Assembly (NCBI GenBank): GCA_965112735.1 | Contig: OZ218964.1 | Location: forward strand, 1 to 64,000 | DNA from: Phaeosaccion multiseriatum | Lineage: Eukaryota; Protista; Ochrophyta, other classes | Direction: 5' to 3' | Length of the DNA stretch: 64,000 nucleotides | Part shown: positions 35,330-52,650 of the stretch, in pieces | Layout: each line of letters opens with the position of its first letter | Numbering within the stretch: the first letter of the stretch is position 1 | The notes under the pieces: model-generated | What the model was told of the DNA's origin: nothing | Database searches by the model: none | What the model saw: the letters and a program-made list of their open reading frames with translations, nothing else | Made by a program: the position numbers and the translations under genes

Positions 35330-36830
35330 CATCCCAATCATTTCCATCGTCTCCTACGACGCCCTGGCCGACTATGCAGGCTGCTGGTTGTTTACTGATC
35401 CCGATGAAACATGTGAGTGGCCGGCCATTGAGACTTACTTTCCCACTTGCCTTCCTCTCGCTCCGATTGTATGCCTTGACCCAGCTTTCTCACCCATCTC
35501 ATCCGTGTCCCTGCTCCTATCCCTCTGTGGCCACCCTCTCTCTTCGTCTGTTTCCCTCTCCCACTCTCTCTCGCTCTCCCCGTCTCCCCCTCTCCCTCTC
35601 TCGCCCTTGCCCTCTCATCTCTCTCTCTCCATCTCTCTCATCCTCTTCTCTCTCTCCCTCCCCACCAACCCCCACCCACCCCTCCTCTCTCTGTCGCTCG
35701 CTCTCTCCCTTACCGCCTCGCTCTCCCCCCCCCTCTCCCTCCCCCAGGCGGTGATTTGTGCCAATTCCTCGAAGTGGACACTGACTTCGACGCCCTCACC
35801 GCCATCCAGGCCCACGTCATTGACTACTGCGACAGCCACGGCGTGACACCCTGTCTGGACAACCTACAAGGATACGCTACGTTTGAGGATGGTAAGCAGA
35901 AGGGAGAGACAGGGGCAAGTCAGCTAGTACAATGGAAAGAAAGGATCTGTTCAATCCAGTCCATCCATCTTCCACCCTTGCCCTTCCACTGCTGCAAGTG
36001 GGGGGTGTAGTTTGTGTATCTTATGCCCTTCCAAACCAACCAGGCACACCCATCCATCCATCCATGCCTCCATCCATCCATCCATCCATCCATCCATCCA
36101 TCCACCCATAACATTGCACTTCTCGCCTTCTGTCTCACTGTCTCCCTCCGTCCCTCGCTCCGTCCCTCCCTACTTACTTACCTACCTACCTACTTACCTA
36201 CCTACCTACCTACCTACCTACCCGCCCCCCCCGACCATCCAAATTCTGCCAACCCTACCCACCATACCCCACCCTTTAGGTCTTCCCACGGCAGGCTTCG
36301 TTTTCACACCACCATCGGGGGTCGATATCAGGGAGCTTGCCCTCCTAACGGTCGCACCAACACCAGCGCCAGTCGCACCACCAACTGCCGCACCAACCGT
36401 TCCACCAACCCCTGCTCCCGTGGCTCCTCCTACCCCGGCGCCAACCGCCGCCCCTACCGTGGCGCCTACCGCCCCTCCGACGGCAACCCCCACCGCGCCT
36501 CCGACAGCAACGCCCACCGCGCCTCCGACAGCGCCCCCCACCACAGCCCCACCCACCCCGCCTCCCCAGGACACGACAACGGCGGCATCAACACCCGCCC
36601 CCCAGCAGGTCGATGACAGTACGGCTGTTGGTGATGGCGATGGATCGACAGCACGGGCCGGGCAGCAGTCGGCGCCCTCAAGCAGCGGCAGCAACAAGCT
36701 CAGCGCTGGGGAGATTTCCGGGATTGCAGTTGGCTGTGTAGCAGCGGTCGGGCTCGTGGGTGCGGCAGTGTACAAGACCAAGGGCGGAGGGGGAGGAGGA
36801 GGAGGAGGAGGCCAGCAGGACGTGGTGTAA
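35330..36830 (+). CDS. Single-pass membrane protein with Pro/Thr/Ala-rich mucin-like stalk; 5' end not found
   Basis: Exons ending 35412, 35748-35891 and 36280-36830 splice in frame (DET-C-GDLCQF...FED-G-LPTAG). PTAAP/PTAPP repeats, then [24 protein letters not shown] followed by KTK. Confidence 0.6.
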
Positions 36831-37248
36831 CGGTCTTGTAACGGTCTTGTAACGGGCTTGTATCGGGCTTGTCTATGTATCGGGGTCTGATTTCTTCATA
36901 GTGAGAGGTGCGGTGCGGAGTGAGGGGCCTCTACCTCAGGGGCCTCAGGGGCCGGGTGGATCCAAGAGATTCATTCATCCGTTCCAGAGGGGCATGCACG
37001 CCCCCCGCCGCGCCCCATTAAGTAGTACTTAGTACTAAGTAAGGGTCTTAGTAAGTCAGTGGGGGTCTTAGGAAGTCAGTAAGGATTCGATGAGCCATCT
37101 GTGATTACCCTCGGAGGAGGGCACAGCAGTGTATAGGTAGTGAGGGGGTGTACTAAAAAGAAGATAATAATGCTTACGCGGAGCGTACGTAACGAAATGA
37201 AACAGGAATGAACAAGGAGAGAGAGATTGGGCTGATGCCCCCCCCCCA

Positions 37249-37279
<31 letters not shown>

Positions 37280-37435
37280 ACTTTTATTGACTTGTTGTTA
37301 GCCCTTGGCGGGTCCATGCATTGAAGACAAAGGCAAAGACAGAGAGCAGGGCTACCACCACTGCCTCCACTGCCTCCACTGCCTCCACTGCCTCCACTGC
37401 CTCCACGGCCACCATCACTATCAGCACTATCAGCA

Positions 37436-41605
<4,170 letters not shown>

Positions 41606-42340
41606 CTGAGGACGGGAGGGAGAGAGGGAGAGAGAAGGGAGGGAGGGAGGGAGGGAGGGAGGGAGGGAGGGAGGGAGGGAGGGAGGGAGGGAGGGAGGGA
41701 AGGAGGGAGGGAAGGAGGGAGAGAGAAGGGAGGGAGGGAGGGAGGGAGGACGGGAGGGAGAGAGGGAGGGGAAGGGGGGTGGGGGGAGGGGAGGGAAGGT
41801 GGAAGAGAGGGAGAGAGGGAGAGAGGATGGGAGGGAGAGAGGGAGGGGAAGGGGGGTGGGGGGAGGGGAGGGAAGGTGGAAGAGAGGGAGGGAGGGAGAG
41901 AGGATGGGAGGGAGAGAGGGAGGGAGGGAGGGAGGGAGGGAGGCGGGGAGACAGACAGACATAAGCAGAGGGAAGGGAGGGAGAGGGGTCATGCTAGAGG
42001 CCTACGGGGCAGCGGACAGAGTCCCCGGGGGGGAGGGGAGGGGAGGGGAGGGGAGGGGAGGGGAGGGGAGGGAGATGGAGGGTCTATGGGTGAGAGAAGC
42101 GAAAGGACGCCAAAGGATCAGGCCTTTGAGTAGAGAACACAACCCTTAGAGATACCCGCTACTGACGCAGACTGACATCAAGCTACTGCACACACTGACG
42201 TCAGTCACTGACACACACAGTCTCCAGTTTTCAGTTTTCAGTTTATGTGACCTTGTCAAATGTCGAAAAAACCACGATAAATGGAGTCGATATCGAAGCT
42301 TACACACACTGACAAATCACACTTAAGACCAGGTACTGAC

Positions 42341-44909
42341 CGAGGTGTGTGATAGCTCTATGCTGCCTGATGGCTGTGGCAATGGCTGCCAGACCAACAT
42401 CGGTAAGCCCCCTTGCCCTCCGCGCAGAGAGAGAGGTCAGGTGCTTGCCACCGGAGCCCAGAAGCAGCTTGAAGCCCTGGGATGGCAGTGGATGGGTGGG
42501 GGGGGTTGGGTTGGCAGTGAATGGCGGTTGGGGAAGAGAAAAGAGTGAGGACAACGCACGCGGTAAAGTCAGAGAAAGGTCGGAGAAAGGTCGGAGAAAG
42601 ACCGCTGCGAAGGCCGTCACCTCAACTCTCTCCCTCCCTCTCTCCCTCCCTCCCTCCCTGCCCACGAAACAAACAACCCCTACCCACCCACCTCGTCATC
42701 AATCAACGGACAGTCTGAAACGTCCAAGACCTTCAGCCCCTGGAGTGAAGCTGCATATATCGCCCTGCAGCCCTCTGTACCGATGAGCCCACAGCCCGCC
42801 AGGTGGAGCTCTGCCAAGGAATCCCCCCCCCCCCCCGGGGAAGCTTATCTTTATCCGGCGACGACAGCAGTCCTCTCTCCCCCTCCTCGCCCGCCTCCTG
42901 GAACCAGCCCCCACCCCGGGATCCGCCCGCCCCCCTGGACCCGCCTGCCCCCCGGGAACCGCCTGCCCCCCGGGACCCCCCTGCCCGGGAGGAGGGCCCG
43001 CCAGCAGCAGCAGCAGCAGCAGCAGCCCCTCCGCTGCCCCTCACATGGGCGGTGAAGGTGGTGAGAAGGATGCCTAGACAAGCGTCGGTCAGGTGCTTGC
43101 AGCGACTGAGCTTGAGTGACGTCACTCCCCTGCTTTTGCGCTCCTCTCTATCCCTCTCCTCGCTGCGCTGGAGCAGCTGTCTCATCTTTTCCGCCTCCAC
43201 TTGCTGCTCCTCTGCCGTGGCGTAGGTCAATCTCGAGGCTGCGACTGACACTGGCCGGGATGAAGAAGCTTCCCCTGAAACGGAGACTGGCCGCGATGAG
43301 CTCGACATTGCTGTGTCCATGTCTTCCCCTCCCCCCCCCCTCCTCGGGAAGCAGTCCATGCCTCGTGCCGCCCCTGGCCCTGCCCATATGACTGTTGCCC
43401 ATAAGCCTCTAGCTGTCCCCCCCGGCCCTTGCCCATACACCTGCCCCACGTGCATCCCACACTCCTTCATATTGAGCCCTGCAAGCACCGCGGCCAGCAG
43501 TTTCATATCCCCCTCTCGCACGGCCCAGCCACTCAAGTCCAACACACCCCCTCGGGGCACACTCATTCCGCAGTCTTCAAATAGGTAGAGGAAGGGGAGA
43601 TATGGTGTCGGATTCTTTGCGGTTACATGACCACTGAAGGGAGGCCCGAGTGACCTGGGGGATGCTATGGGCGGCATGCAGCAGCGGTTGCTGAGAGGAT
43701 GTGGGTGAATGATAGGGAGAGGGAGACGCGGGAGGGCCCATCCTCTCAGATGTTCCGACCCAGTGTTGCGCACCTCCTCCTCCTCCTGCGCTATCCTCTC
43801 CTCTCCTCCGCCTGCGACTTGCCGTGCCAGGGCCAGTTCCAACCGTCGCAGCTCGTTGCCCCATCCTGTGCCGCCGCACAGGACTCGCCGCATCGCCTCC
43901 TTCACCAGCACCGACGAGACTCACGTCCGACGCGCTTGCTCTCCTCTTCGGGAGCCGACGAGAAGGGCCTTGATGATGATGAGGATGATGATGCTGCCGC
44001 TGCTGATGCTGCCCACCCCCCGTCCTCCGTCTCCGTCTGCAGCGTGTAGTTGTCCCCGCCCCCTCCTGCCATGAATACACTGTTCATAGTCAACGTATCG
44101 CCCACCGCCCAGCCCCCAATATCGTCTCTCCTGTGCCCCGTGGTGGTGTCTCCTCCTCCCCCCATATGACACTCCGGCCCGTCCAGCCCTCTGAGCACGA
44201 CCCTGGTGCTGTCCTGCGTGTGCCTGCGTTTGGCGGTCTTGGCGTATGGGGAGGGTGAGAGCACCGCTCTTCTGCCTCGCTTGTGACACTCCATCTCAGC
44301 CGAGAGCAACCCTCTTCGTCCCTGTGCCTTCTCTGCTCCTGACGTGTACGCTCGTTTATTGCCCCTGCTGGGCATCCTTGTGTTCCTCCCAAGGGGTTGG
44401 AGGGCTCGACTACGTGTTGGGGACATCTCCCCTCCTTCATCGGCAGTCTCGTCGACCTCCATGTAGGCGAGACCATCATGGCCGAAGGCCCTTCCTTCTT
44501 GATACTCGTCATCTTCTCTCTCGAACCATCCGCCCGCCGCTTTTCTCTTTACGCCCGGTCCTGCCCCTCGCCTCTCCCCTGCGTCTTTGTCTCTCTCTCC
44601 TCTTGCCCCAACTCCTCCTCCTCCTCCTCCTCCTCCTCCTCCTCCTCCTCCTCCTCCTCCTCCTCCTCCCCCGGCAGTGACCGCTTTCCGATACCCCTCC
44701 TGCTCGCCTCCAGCGACAGCGGCAGCGACCGTGAACGGCCTCCCGCCATTCACACCCCACCCCCCCGCGAAGGTGCGGCCAAGTGCCTCAGGCAAAGTGG
44801 TCTGCACAAGAAAGGCCGGCGAAGACGACGGCACGAAGCCGACCTGCTTCTTCTTCCTACCGCCCGCTGCTGGCAGCAGGACCGGAGGCCGCTGCTCCTG
44901 CAACACCAT
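42341..44909 (-). CDS. Low-complexity N-terminus plus cysteine-containing-type leucine-rich repeats (FBXL-like); 3' continuation unresolved
   Basis: VLDLSGW, VTSLKLSRCKHLTDACL, LTSLSARRARGLTDVGLAAIA, ITHL followed by a splice donor. Confidence 0.55.
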
Positions 44910-45071
44910 GCCTCTTTCTTTTTGTCTGTCTCAAGGAAGCCCAAATCCCAAATCCAGGCTGCTATCGCCCCCCCTGGGGAGTCCACCCTTGAAACCCCCC
45001 CTTATCCTCCCTTTCCGCTCTAGATTCGAAACGCCTTAAGGTGGGGCTCTCAGGAACTATTCGGATTCACC

Positions 45072-48000
45072 ATGACCCCTGAGGAGCTTCCGATAGTCCG
45101 TTGCTACAACTTAGCAAGTAGTGACGAAGTTCGGGAAGGGACTTGGAAGAAAATAGCCTCCTTTTTATTTAGTGTTTTCTTCGAGTACCCCTGGAAGGTG
45201 GTGACGGGGTGGAGGAAAAGGAGGAGGAAAGAGGTTACGCGCGAAGAGCAGCATTTGGAGCCCCCAAAGAAGAAACCAAGAGCTGGCGACCACAGCAGCA
45301 GCAGCAGCAGCGGCAGCTGTAGCAGTCGCAGCGGGGGCGGGGGGAGCGGCGAAGGGCCCGATGAAAATGTGGAGGAGGAGGGGGTGGAGTCGGCACGGCA
45401 TGAGGATGTGGGCCACACCGAAGCGGGACAGCAGCGAAGCAGCAGCGGCAGCGGCAGTAGCAGCGGGGGGAGCGGCGAAGGGCCCGATGAAAATGTGGAG
45501 GAGGAGGGGGTGGAGTTGCATGGGGATGTGGGCCCTGAGGAGCAACACGCCGAAGCGGGACAGCAGCGAAGCAGCAGCGGCAGCGGCAGCAGCAGCGGGG
45601 GCGGGGGGAGCGGCGAAGGGCCCGATGACAATGTGGAGCAGGAGGGGGTGGAGTTGGTACGGCATGAGGATGTGGGCCCTGGGGGGTCGAAGAAGAAGAA
45701 GAGGAGGAAGACGGGAAGCGGAAGAGGGGGGGGGAAGAAACGCAAGAGGAGGGGGGGGGGGGGCAGCGGCAGCAGCAGCGGCAGCTGTAGTCGCAGCGGA
45801 GGCGGGGGCAGCGGCGAAGGGCAGGACGAACAGCTTGAAGATGAAGACTCTCTGTATCTCCAGGTACGTGCGAATGAATGTAAGGACTACGAGTACATTT
45901 TCCCCCCTTTTTTGGGCTTGTTCTCCCTCCTCTTTCTTGCAGTTGCTGACTCCTATCCTCCTACCCCTCCTTGTTGTACCGTTCTGTCTCAGCTATGTCG
46001 CCAACCCAAGGAGCTGTTGGCACAACTGGAGAGCATGCTTAAAGATGTCGAAGCAGGGCTTAAAGATGATGTCGAAGCAGGAAACCGTACCCATGATCTG
46101 CTTCTGGGGCTGGCGAACATCATCAGACTTGCCATAGGGTGGGGTCGGATTAGGGAAAGGGGCTGGTGCACCGTACGGGTGCAAAGCATTGACCTCATGG
46201 ACGATGTTGGTCGCTTTCATGCCTACGCGGAGGTGGCCATGCCCTTGTACGAGTGGTGGAAAAACAATCCCGACTCCGCTGTCGACGACACAGACGACAC
46301 GTTCTCCTGCTGTGAGGAGTTGGACATCCCCGATGGGGTGCGGGAGGAGCTCAAGCGGGGCAGCCGAGGTGAGCAGTCTCATGCATTCCTGTACGAGGGG
46401 GATGCAGGCGACAAGGCGCGAGCCGCGCAGCTCAAGGATGCCGAAGGCAATGTCGTTCGAGAGCATGTTCCGGGGCCGCCCCCGAGTGGACCGGACCCCG
46501 ACAAACAAGCTGCTCAACAGCGGCTGCGTGGCCAGTTAGAGGCGTTAGGGGAGAAGCAGCTCGAGGATTGGCGGAACATTTCTCCGGAATCCAATGAGGA
46601 AGCGCGAGCGCTCCTTCGACAATATGCGGCCGTCACAGGGGCTATGAATGCGGGAGACTATGGGATTGGCCTAGACACGCTGGTGGGCAGAGCTATGAAG
46701 GCGATGCAGGAATCGGGGAGGCATCCGCTGTTCTTCGCCCAGCATCGCGCTGGCTCAGGGGAAGTTCTGAAGAGGGTGTTCAACGACCAAGGACTCGAGT
46801 GCATGGCCAGGAACAAAGGGTTGCTGCCAGCCGGGCCAGACGAACTCGGTCAGCTACTGAAGCCTGGGCCCTTCAACGTTGGGCTGTCGGACGGGCCAAC
46901 ATCTACGTCAACATCACGCCCGGGGAGTGGTTTGCTGTACCGCCTCGTCTGGACCGTCGACCCCCAGAAGCTTCTTGACGCGCTCGAGACGGAGGAGCTC
47001 AAGAGGGAGGTCGAGTTGCACCTTAGTGCATGGGCAAAGCAAAGGTGAGGTAGAAATAGAATACGGGAGTAGGGGGCGTTATCATTTACCTCCCGTTACA
47101 TGCTGGTCGTTTATTTCCATTCGCGCAAACCTCACCCCGCCGCTCTCCACTTCCTTCTCTTTTCGACCCCAGGGTGAATGAGCTGAGGTCAGCAGCAGCA
47201 GGGGCAGTGGAACAAGGGGAAGCAGAAATGCGCTTAGTGTACACTGGAATCTCAGGGGACACCGACCACCGCAGATACCGCAAGGAAATGGAGGCGGACT
47301 GGTCCTCTGTGAGTATAAAGGATGGCACTCAGCCGCCCATGCTTCAGGTAGCAAGGCAGGCCGCTGGAGACGCTCCCCACACGTACAACCACGTGACCGT
47401 CGAGGACATGCCCACCACCCTCGCAGCGGAGCAGCTCTGTGTGGCAGGCACAGAGTCAGCAGGGCTTATTTTCACCCTCAACCTCGCCCCAGGAGGGCAA
47501 AGGGAATTGTTGGAGGGGGAGAAATGGATTCAGGTGCTCTGCAGCTTGGTCCGTAGGAGAACGCCCATATCGCAGTTGCCCTTGCCCTTTCAACACTGGT
47601 GTGAGACTGTGGGGGTCGCAGATATTCGTGTGCTGCACAGACTTGTCTCTTCGTCCGGCGGTTCGTCCGGCGGTGAGTACATGTATAGGGCCGCTGCTTT
47701 GTTTCGTGAGTGAGTGAGTGGGGGCAAAGCAAGTAGTGGTAGTGGGGGGAAACCGGGGCCGTGGCGTGGCGGGGAATCCAAGTTCAAAGTAGTTAGGTAC
47801 GAGCAAGTTGTAGCGGTATATAAGGAGTCATTGGCTCGCTATAAACCATTCAGCGCGTGGGTGTGGGGGGAAACCGGGGCCGTGGCGTGGCGGGGAATCC
47901 AAGTTCAAAGTAGTTTGTTACGAGCAAGGTACCACGTCACATTTGTTATATTTGCTCACTGCCCCCCCTCGCTTCCCGTATGCCCTCGGTGTCTACTTTT

Positions 48001-50400
48001 TATACTTCAGCCACCAAGTGCAGCGAGTGTGGTGGCAATGAGAATGAGCCACCCCTGAACGGGTGCAAGAAGGTACATGGTGTCTCCAGAGGTAAGGCTG
48101 TTTCGTGAGTGAGTGAGTGGGGGCAAAGCAAGTACGAGTAGGCTGCTTGCGTGGGTAGTGGGGGGAAACCGGGGCCGTGGCGTGGCGGGGAATCCAAGTT
48201 CAAAGTAGTTAGGTACGAGCAAGTGCAATTGCTTTCCGCATGCCATCCGGAAACTACTTTTAGTTGTGAGGATTGGGGGGGGCAGAGTCTTACCCCCCCC
48301 CCCCCATTGAACATGCCCAACTCTTTGCTTGTCGTGCTCTGGCAGGCGCAAAGGTGTACGCACCGGGCGAGACCAAGGCAAACGGGACGGCGTCCAAGGG
48401 GACAAGGCAAGGCAAATCCGCCGGCGGTGAGTACATGGTTGTTTCGTGAGTGAGTGAGTGGGGGCAAAGCAAGTAGTACGAGTAGGCTGCTTGCGTGGGT
48501 AGTGGGGGGAAACCGGGGCCGTGGTGTGGCGGGGAATCCAAGTTCAAAGTAGTTAGGTACGAGCAAGTTGTAGCGGTATATAAGGAGTCATTGGCTCGCT
48601 ATAGACCATTCAGCGCGTGGGTAGGGGGGGGAAACCGGGGCCGTGGCGTGGCGGGGAATCCAAGTTCAAAGTAGTTTGTTACGAGCAAGGTACCACGTCA
48701 CATTTGTTATATTTGCTCACTGCCCCCCCTCGCTTCCCGTATGCCCTCGGTGTCTACTTTTTATACTTCAGCCACCAAGTGCAGCGAGTGTGGTGGCAAT
48801 GAGAATGAGCCACCCCTGAACGGGTGCAAGAAGGTACATGGTGTCTCCAGAGGTAAGGCTGTTTCGTGAGTGAGTGAGTGGGGGCAAAGCAAGTACGAGT
48901 AGGCTGCTTGCGTGGGTAGTGGGGGGAAACCGGGGCCGTGGCGTGGCGGGGAATCCAAGTTCAAAGTAGTTAGGTACGAGCAAGTGCAATTGCTTTCCGC
49001 ATGCCATCCGGAAACTACTTTTAGTTGTGAGGATTGGGGGGGCCAGAGTCTTACCCCCCCCCCCATTGAACATGCCCAACTCTTTGCTTGTCGTGCTCTG
49101 GCAGGCGCAAAGGTGTACGCACCGGGCGAGACCAAGGCAAACGGGACGGCGTCCAAGGGGACAAGGCAAGGCAAATCCGCCGGCGGTAAAAACGGCGGTA
49201 AAAAAGGGGGTGAGTACATGTTTGTTTCGTGAGTGAGTGAGTGGGGGTAAAGCAAGTACGAGTAGGCTGCTTGCGTGGGTAGTGGGGGGAAACCGGGGCC
49301 GTGGCGTGGCGGGGAATCCAAGTTCAAAGTAGTTAGGTACGAGCAAGTGCAATTGCTTTCCGCATGCCCTCCGGAAACTACTTTTAGTTGTGAGGATTGG
49401 GGCTGGCTGGCTGGGGGCGGTGAGTACATGTTTGTTTCGTCTCCTTGCTTTGCCTTGCTCCAGCCCTTCGTCACCGATGTATCGGCGTGTGTTGACGTGT
49501 CCCCTAACCTACTTGCATTTGGTTACAGGCTTGAAAAGCTCAACGCGGTGCAAGGATACCCTTGGCCGAAACTCACACGCCAGGTGCAAGGCGTGCGAGG
49601 AGGACCCCGACAGGCCAGAAGGAAGCGAGATGTACACTCTTTGCCTCGGGCACGTGGTACGGCGGGGTAACAACATCGAGACCGTTAGCGACATTCACCT
49701 AAACATGAATTCATGCCCCCACGCGCACAACAAGGCCGGCGAGCCAGTACGCCAAATAAGAGTGGGCAAGGTCTGGCTGAACATGGACGTGAACAAGTAC
49801 GTCACCCTCGTCAAAGAGTCGTGTGACAGGACCTCAGGGGAGATGGAGGGCGAGGGCGGGCCATTGTCGTGCGGAGCATACAAGTCGTGCAGACATGCCC
49901 GCACTCATCTGGGGTGGAAGTCATCTCCACAGCCCCGTACTTACACCGGAGAAGGAGGAGGAGGAGGAGGAGGAGGAGGGAGCACACCATCCAAGGGGGG
50001 CAGCAACGGGAGGCGTGGCGGAAGAGGGAGCACGTCAGGGGGGGGGGCATGGGGCCCAAGGGAGGAGAGAGTGGTGCCGCTGGCAGAGGGAAGAGGCCTT
50101 CCAGAGGCGGAGGGGGGGGGGGGGGCTGGAGGTGGGGCCTCAGTAGAGGGTGGTTCGAGGCCGGCGCCGGCCCACGACACTGGGAGAAGCCGACCGCCCC
50201 CCGCCTTCTCGCAGGGGTGCTCCTACGGTGACGCATGCAAAGCCGTTGGACCCGCTGCCCTCGAGGCCTGCAAAAAAGAGAAATGCGTTGGAACTTCACA
50301 CCACTTGTGTACGGTCGAGTACGCGGCTGCAAAGGGGGGTGACGAAGACGCGTGCGACCGCCGCTGCAGGCCCTGTGTCGACGCCATGCTACAGTCGTAG
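45072..50400 (+). CDS. Multi-exon protein: Ser/Gly/Glu repeats, putative GIY-YIG nuclease domain, duplicated Cys/His mini-exons, C-terminal Cys/His finger
   Basis: In-frame splicing of 45072-45863, 45993-47044, 47173-47672, 48011-48091, 48346-48426, 48772-48852, 49105-49209 and 49529-50400. Motifs GLLYRL...VYTGISG..RRY...LAAEQ...LNLAPGG. C-terminal C-x5-C..C-x4-C-x4-HH-x-C..C-x2-C. Confidence 0.55.
45290..45830 (+). repeat. Imperfect coding tandem repeat (~120-140 bp, 3-4 copies)
   Basis: Recurring SSSGSGSSSGG(GG)SGEGPDENVEEEGVE peptide, with the matching DNA repeat. Confidence 0.85.
47700..49440. repeat. ~760 bp tandem duplication with 7 copies of a ~50 bp core motif
   Basis: tatacttcagccaccaag recurs 761 bp apart (48001 and 48762). 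The core ggggaaaccggggccgtggcgtggcggggaatccaagttcaaagtagtt occurs at ~47746, 47866, 48161, 48505, 48627, 48922 and 49285. Confidence 0.9.
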
Positions 50401-50599
50401 AAAATAAAGATAAATGCATTTTAACCCCCACCCACTGCAAGCAAAACGAAAAACCACCGATTAGGGCCGGCCACGGACCCGCCCGTGTGTCTGGCGCCAA
50501 GCCCTGAGCGCCAAGGCCCACAAACAGCCCCCCTAAACCCCCCTTACGGCACGCGAAAAACACATGGATTATGTCAACAAACGGGTTTTAAAACCCTCC

Positions 50600-51450
50600 G
50601 TGGAGGAAAGGAAAGACGGAGGAAAGAAGGAATGAAGGAAGGAACACGGGAAGGAAGGAAGGAAGGAAGGAAGGAAGGAGGGAGGGAGGGAGGGAGGGAG
50701 GAGGGGAGGGAGGGAGGGAGGGAGGGAAGGAAGGAAGGAAGGAAGGAAGGAAGGAAGGAAGGAGGGAAGGAGGGAGGGAGGGAGGGAGGGAGAGAGGGAA
50801 GGAAGGAAGGAACACGGGAAGAAAGGAAGGAGGGAGGGACGGACGGAGGGAGGGAGGGAGGGAAGGACGGAGGGAAGGAAAGAACGAGGGAGGGAGGGAG
50901 GGAGGGAGGGAAGGAAGGGAGGGAGGGAGGGAGGGAGGGAAGGAAGGGAGGGAGGGAGGGAGGGAGGGAGGGAGGGAAGGAAGGAAGGAAGGATGGAAGG
51001 AAGGAAGGAAGGAAGGAAGGAAGGAAGGAAGGAAGGAAGGAAGGAAGGAAGGAAGGAAGGAAGGAAGGAAGGAAGAAAGAAAGGAAGGGAGGGAGGGAGG
51101 GAGGGAGAGAGGGAAGGAAGGAAGGAACACGGGAAGAAAGGAAGGAGGGAGGGAGAGAGGGAGGGAGGGAGGGAGGGAGGGAGGGAGGGAGGGAGGGAGG
51201 GAGGGAGGGAGGGAGGGAGGGAGGGAGGGAGGGAGGGAGGGAGGGAGGGAGGGAGGGAGGGAGGGAGGGAGGGAGGGAGGGAAGGAAAGAACGAACGAAG
51301 GAAGGAAGGAAGGAAGGAAGGAAGGAGGGAGGGAGGGAGGGAGGGAGGGAGGGAGGGAGGGAGGGAGGGAGGGAGGGAGGGAGGGAGGGAGGGAGGGAGG
51401 GAGGGAGGGAGGGAGGGAGGGAGGGAGGGAGGGAGGAGGGAAGGGAGGGC
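50600..51450. repeat. Polypurine (GGGA/GGAA)n microsatellite tract
   Basis: About 850 bp of almost pure G/A on the + strand. Confidence 0.95.
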
Positions 51451-51479
51451 CAAGACCATTGGAGAAGACATCATCTGTA

Positions 51480-52650
51480 AATACAGCGCGTATCGTGGGC
51501 CACGTCCAACAGCAATCGGATGCGCTTTACTCACCCTCGGGCGTTTGGGGTGCGTAGTGACAACTCCGAGACAAACGGGTGGAAGGTGACGTTGGACTTG
51601 GCGATGGTGCAGATACTGATGCCCAGGTACTCTGCGACGAAGCTTATGAGCTCCTCACTAGCGAAGCCCCGACCGACAGTCAGGACATGGTCTCCACTGC
51701 CTTCTCCAGGGTGCTGTGTTTGAGGACGCACACGCGTCTTCGTATCCTCGCCTTGCCGGTCCAGCCTGATTCGATGCGAAGGGATGTTCGGAGGAGTGAG
51801 AGGACCCGAAGAGTGTTGTTCAGTCGCACAGAGACAGCAGAGCATTGCCATCCCCCCCTCAGATCCATCGTCACCCCAGTGAACGCACCTAACGGCGAAG
51901 TACACGAGCTAAGCTGCCTCAGCGGCGATGTCCATCCCACAGCCCTCCTTGCCCGCCTTCCGCGGGTTCCGCTTTAGATGTGGAACACCCTTGGATCTGG
52001 TCTTCACGAGCTCGTCGTCAATCACTCCGTTTGATTTGGAAGGGTCGAACAGGTACCGGAGGGTCTTGCTTAGCACCTTTCTCTCAAAGTCGTCACAGTA
52101 CGTCGTCGGATCCACTGGACTGTGCCAGGCGTCACCACTCGGCTACCATCAGGAGTGAGCAGTATCAGAGCAGACAGGAGACAAAGGAACCTTGGCTTAG
52201 GAGGGCATGGGAGTGGAAGTCGCGTCCACCTACGCACACCCATGTAAGCATCGAAACCGGGGGCAACCAGAGGAGCGTAAAGTCCATCGCTCACCACACT
52301 CTCCCGAGCCCCCCACCTCCCACATGCGCACGCCTGTGCCACCGTCACCTGAGTCTTGGAAGCCGGAAAAGGGGAGAGGTGACGAATCTAAATCGTTCCA
52401 CGCTCAGGAGGCGTGCGTGCGGACACGCGCGGCGGCAGTCCTCAAAGGCCCGGGGCAGCGACACCTTCACCGTGCTCGAGTAGAAGAACACACCGATGAA
52501 GTTCCACATCTCCTCTATGTCAATCCGGTCTGCCCCGTTCCTATTCCCATCGTTCGCCCACCCGACGAGCTCCACCGCCAGGTCTTTGAGGAGGACCCGC
52601 AGACAATCCCCCTCCGCCAGGTCGCACAAGGGAGCTGGAAGTGAGGATAG
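51480..52650 (-). pseudogene. Degenerate piggyBac-like (PGBD) transposase fragment
   Basis: IDIEEMWNFIGV, LSVERFRFV, VIDDELV...RNPRKAGKEG and LTVGRGFASEEL..LGISICTI appear in the order of piggyBac motifs. Interrupted by stops and frameshifts. Confidence 0.55.

Noticed and set aside
47700-49440. CRISPR-like array (recurring ~50 bp motif with spacers)
   Set aside because: The spacers are long and themselves duplicated, the context is eukaryotic and spliced, and no cas genes are present. Exon-intron tandem duplication explains it.
50485-51589. Long ORFs of EGGR/PPSL repeats
   Set aside because: These are translations of a stop-free GGGA/GGAA microsatellite. The same applies to ORFs at 20113-20560, 38167-39103 and 41399-42149.
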